DNA of 64,000 nucleotides from NCBI GenBank assembly GCA_011109175.1, contig RDEW01000009.1, positions 1,167,652 to 1,231,651 of the forward strand, written 5' to 3'. This DNA comes from Dicyema japonicum (lineage: Eukaryota > Animalia > Dicyemida). Below, piece after piece: positions 60,901-64,000 of the stretch (the first letter of the stretch is position 1; each line of letters begins with the position of its first letter). A model generated the notes under the pieces. The model worked only from the letters and a program-made list of their open reading frames with translations. It was not told the origin of the DNA and did no database searches. Both the position numbers and the translations under genes were made by a program.

Positions 60901-61589
60901 GCGTTTATTTTCCAATATTTTACTGACAACAATAACAATGACTGCTACCTCCATTATTTCAAACTAAACAGCCTATTCATGTCGAAGCAAGTTGTGCTTG
61001 TCCTAATAATAATAAAACATTGAGGCTTGAGGTTTTGCTCCTCATTTGAAGAAAGCGCAGCCTCAAATTAACTTCCTATAAAAAATAGTCATCCCTCTTC
61101 TCGGCTGTCCCCCTCCTTTTTGCTATTGACTATCCGATGGCACAACTATCCGACGCAGAACTCACATTTCTCGTTGTTCTCTTTTTTGCTTGAACTCTGA
61201 GACAATTCGGTTATGCAATGATGAATCACTGATGGCGTCACTCGTCGATCTTAAAATGGGACCAACAGGAATTGAACTCCTGACACTAGTATCCTTCATT
61301 TATTTGAACCTTGGGGTCACAGAGAAAAAAAAATAAAGTATAGTCAAACAGTTAGGTGATCCAGGTACCATAATTCCATCAGGTCTGTGGTCCTCTACTG
61401 TAGCGAATGAATCTCTACGCGGGAGAGGAATACGGTGATGTTTGTATTCTTCATAATGATTTAAGAAATTTAATTTATTTACTCCGAAATCACAAGAATT
61501 ATGTTCTAAATTAAGTTAACCAGGACAGGATCCAGATATAATAAGACTTCCAACCAAATGGGATGCTCAGGAAATCAAAATGTGGTAGA
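57972..61589 (+). repeat. Segmental duplicate B
   Basis: Copy of 50854-54378 with substitutions, small indels and three larger indels. Confidence 0.95.
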
Positions 61590-61599
61590 TTAATACGGG

Positions 61600-64000
61600 A
61601 CGGTGTAGTATAATTTTATAGCTTTGTTCATGCCTGTCGTTAGAAAAGCTACTACAAAGAAGAATACTAAAATCAAAAAAAGTAACTCGGAGAGGTCTTA
61701 AAGGAGAATTATATTGAAAACGATAAGACTACCTCTGAGGGGTTTTAAAGAATAGCTGTATTGAAAATGTTAAGGATCTGTCTCTGAAGCCTCCTTTTGA
61801 ATACTCTGGGAATGCTTTTATACAAATCACTGTTATGTCAAATATGGGAGCCATCAAAATCTCCAACTTACTGTACTCGTTCGACCCGACAGGGTCTATC
61901 AGATTGAGTCACAAAGGCTCCGGCATCTTCCGCCTCGAATTCATGAAGGAGGAGGACAAAAGGAACTTTTGTGAACATGTGAATGCCACTTCACCTTTTG
62001 GTCTTGGAAACCATTGTTTCAGTGAAATCCGAGTGAAACCGTCCGAAATTGTGTTGAAGAACTTGCCATTTTGGGTTGATGATAACGACCTTCATGAATT
62101 TGTCAAGGAAATAGCTTCCTCTACTACAAGCATATGTCGTTTCTACAAGGGAGAAAGACTCCCTCTTGCAAAAGTTCTAGTTGGATCAAGGGCGGAGGCT
62201 ACATCGCTGGTCCGTCTTGGTTTCAACATTGCCACGTGCCGATTACATGTGAATGGTACAGGAGAGGCTCACCTAGGTGTTTCAAGTGCCAACGCTATAG
62301 ACACATATCCTCCTTCTGTAAGGAGAAGACAAAATGTCTCCATTGTGCAGGGGAACACGACCTGACTGCTTGTGGAGAGACTCCTGCGAACACAATGAAT
62401 TGCATAAATTGTGGCTCGTCCTCACATTGTGCCAGATATGGTGGATGCCCAGCCGCCAAGAAATCTGATCAGAGGAAGCAACTAAAAGCGATGGACAGGC
62501 GATAATAGGCGATATTGGGAGAACGTGGACAGCAAAGACAGTTACGTCAAAGTCGGCACCTAAAATTCGTCGAAAACTGAACGATGTCCCACCCAATCTA
62601 TCAGAGAAGATATACACTGAAATATCGGAGATTATGTCACGGCTAAACTATCTGTGCTCGATTGCACATGTGGATTTAATGGAAACGGTGACTTTGGCTT
62701 TGAAGAAGCAAGGTCACCCAAATGTTTGAAGCAAGGACTAAAAATAGTGCTATTGAATGCCCGATCTCTATGGAAAAGGCATAATGAACTAGCACTACTT
62801 GCAAGGGCCTCCAAGATCGACATCTTGGTGGTCAATGAGACGATATTAAAGAAAGCGAAGAGTAATATAATGACTGGATACAATTCTGTGGACGTTTTAT
62901 GGAAGGCTGGAGCAGTTGCTGTTACGAGCAACGTCTATTTTCAACCGGGACTGCCTCCGAATTCGTAATCCAATAGTCGTTTGTGATGTATTGTGTGAAT
63001 TTGTAAACATGGACGTTTGTTGCGACGGAGTATGGATTAGTGTTGGAGGTCTATACTCCAAGAATCTTGAGACTTGTTCTACAGATATCACTGAGTTCTA
63101 CAACAAGAATCCCTATACTATCTTAATTGGGGATCTTAATTCGAAGAACACTAGTTATGGTTGTAGCAAGACAAATCAGGATGGACGACGTTTAGAATTA
63201 TTGTCTGATTCATGTGGCTTTGTGATCCTTACGTCGGATGACCCAAATCATTTTTCTTATCATGGTGGCGACAAACTCGGCGTTTTCCTAGTATCGCCAG
63301 CTCTATCTGTGTATGTGGGAAAGCCAAAAACTCTATGGGATATCGGGAGTGACCATATTCCACAAGAATTAGTTATTACTTTGAGACCAGATGTTATGGA
63401 AGATGTCTTCTTGAAGTTCAACATATCTAACTTGGATTGGGGCCACTATAGGGTCTTCATATCCAATAATTTGTGTGTTCTACCGAGAGAGTTTTCAACC
63501 ATTGAAGGTATCAATGCTGTAAGTAGAGAATTAACAAATCTACTGCAGTCATATCTTCATCTGTATTCACGAAGAGTTTTCTCAAAAAAATCATTATTTT
63601 GTGTCGCCAATTATTATGAGGCTTATTCGGGAGAAGAATCGCCTAAGGGCAAAGCAAAGACGTTGTGCTGACAAAATAGACGGGGAATTCATATCAGCCA
63701 GAATCAGGATGATGAAGGAAGCAATCAGCAATATATGGAAGGAGGAGACTGACCGTATATGGAGGGCTGAGGCTGCAAAAATTGATATGAAGAATCCCTC
63801 TTTTTGGAAATGCTATCAGAAGATAATGTGTCCGAAGTCGGGTGCAGAAAAAATTATACTGGATAAACCAGACGGGGGAGTATGCATAACGGAGGAAACA
63901 CCTTCGATATTCAGGGATCAGCTCCAAAAAATTCAGGGTGTGGATCCGTGGAGTTTGATCCCTGATGACAAAAAGAAGGTGTCTGCCGATATATTTAAAC
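61600..64000 (+). mobile_element. Two-ORF I/Jockey-group LINE (gag-like ORF1 plus APE), runs off the window end
   Basis: Three zinc knuckles (CFKCQRYRHISSFC, CLHCAGEHDLTAC, CINCGSSSH); ORF2 VLLNARSL, VNET, IGDLNSK, GSDH; frameshifts. Confidence 0.88.

Noticed and set aside
61257-61305. tRNA 3'-CCA insertion or LTR primer-binding site
   Set aside because: It matches the second SINE head type (cf. 32955-32985) and adjoins the SINE core, so it is better explained as a SINE piece deleted from copy A.
1-64000. Prokaryotic/phage or microsporidian origin, or a variant genetic code
   Set aside because: Dense spliceosomal mini-introns and AK7/WASHC2/INPP4 argue for a non-microsporidian eukaryote. 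In-frame stops resolve as introns or indels, not codon reassignment.

Overview
This is AT-rich, gene-dense eukaryotic nuclear DNA with extremely short (about 21-29 nt) GT-AG introns and animal-like genes. It is most consistent with a dicyemid (mesozoan) genome; that assignment is inference. Host genes I can reconstruct are WASHC2/FAM21, a VIP36/LMAN2-type lectin, an INPP4 phosphatase, a SEPT7-like septin, AK7, a divergent 14-3-3, a small PWWP (HDGF/LEDGF-like) protein, an aquaglyceroporin, RNASEK, and an ankyrin-repeat TRP channel cut off by a duplication junction. Between them is a dense, nested set of transposable-element relics: APE-type LINEs (Ingi/Vingi-like, two with decayed 2A motifs; RTE; a two-ORF I/Jockey-type), many CRE-like restriction-endonuclease retroelement fragments, a second RLE family resembling microsporidian elements, tRNA-headed SINEs, short non-autonomous elements sharing LINE ends, hAT and Tc1-type TIR elements, and integrase relics. 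About 3.5 kb is duplicated (50854-54378 vs 57972-61589). The most notable observations are a septin whose G1 and G3 GTP-binding motifs are abolished while the fold is intact, a 47-bp perfect copy of that septin exon fused antisense to a SINE Pol III head, a structured short-element family sharing both ends with a LINE, an aquaglyceroporin with both NPA motifs altered, and an unrecognised three-copy coding family. Many single-base frameshifts in otherwise conserved genes suggest an imperfectly polished assembly. All translations and alignments were done by eye, and coordinates of decayed elements are approximate.
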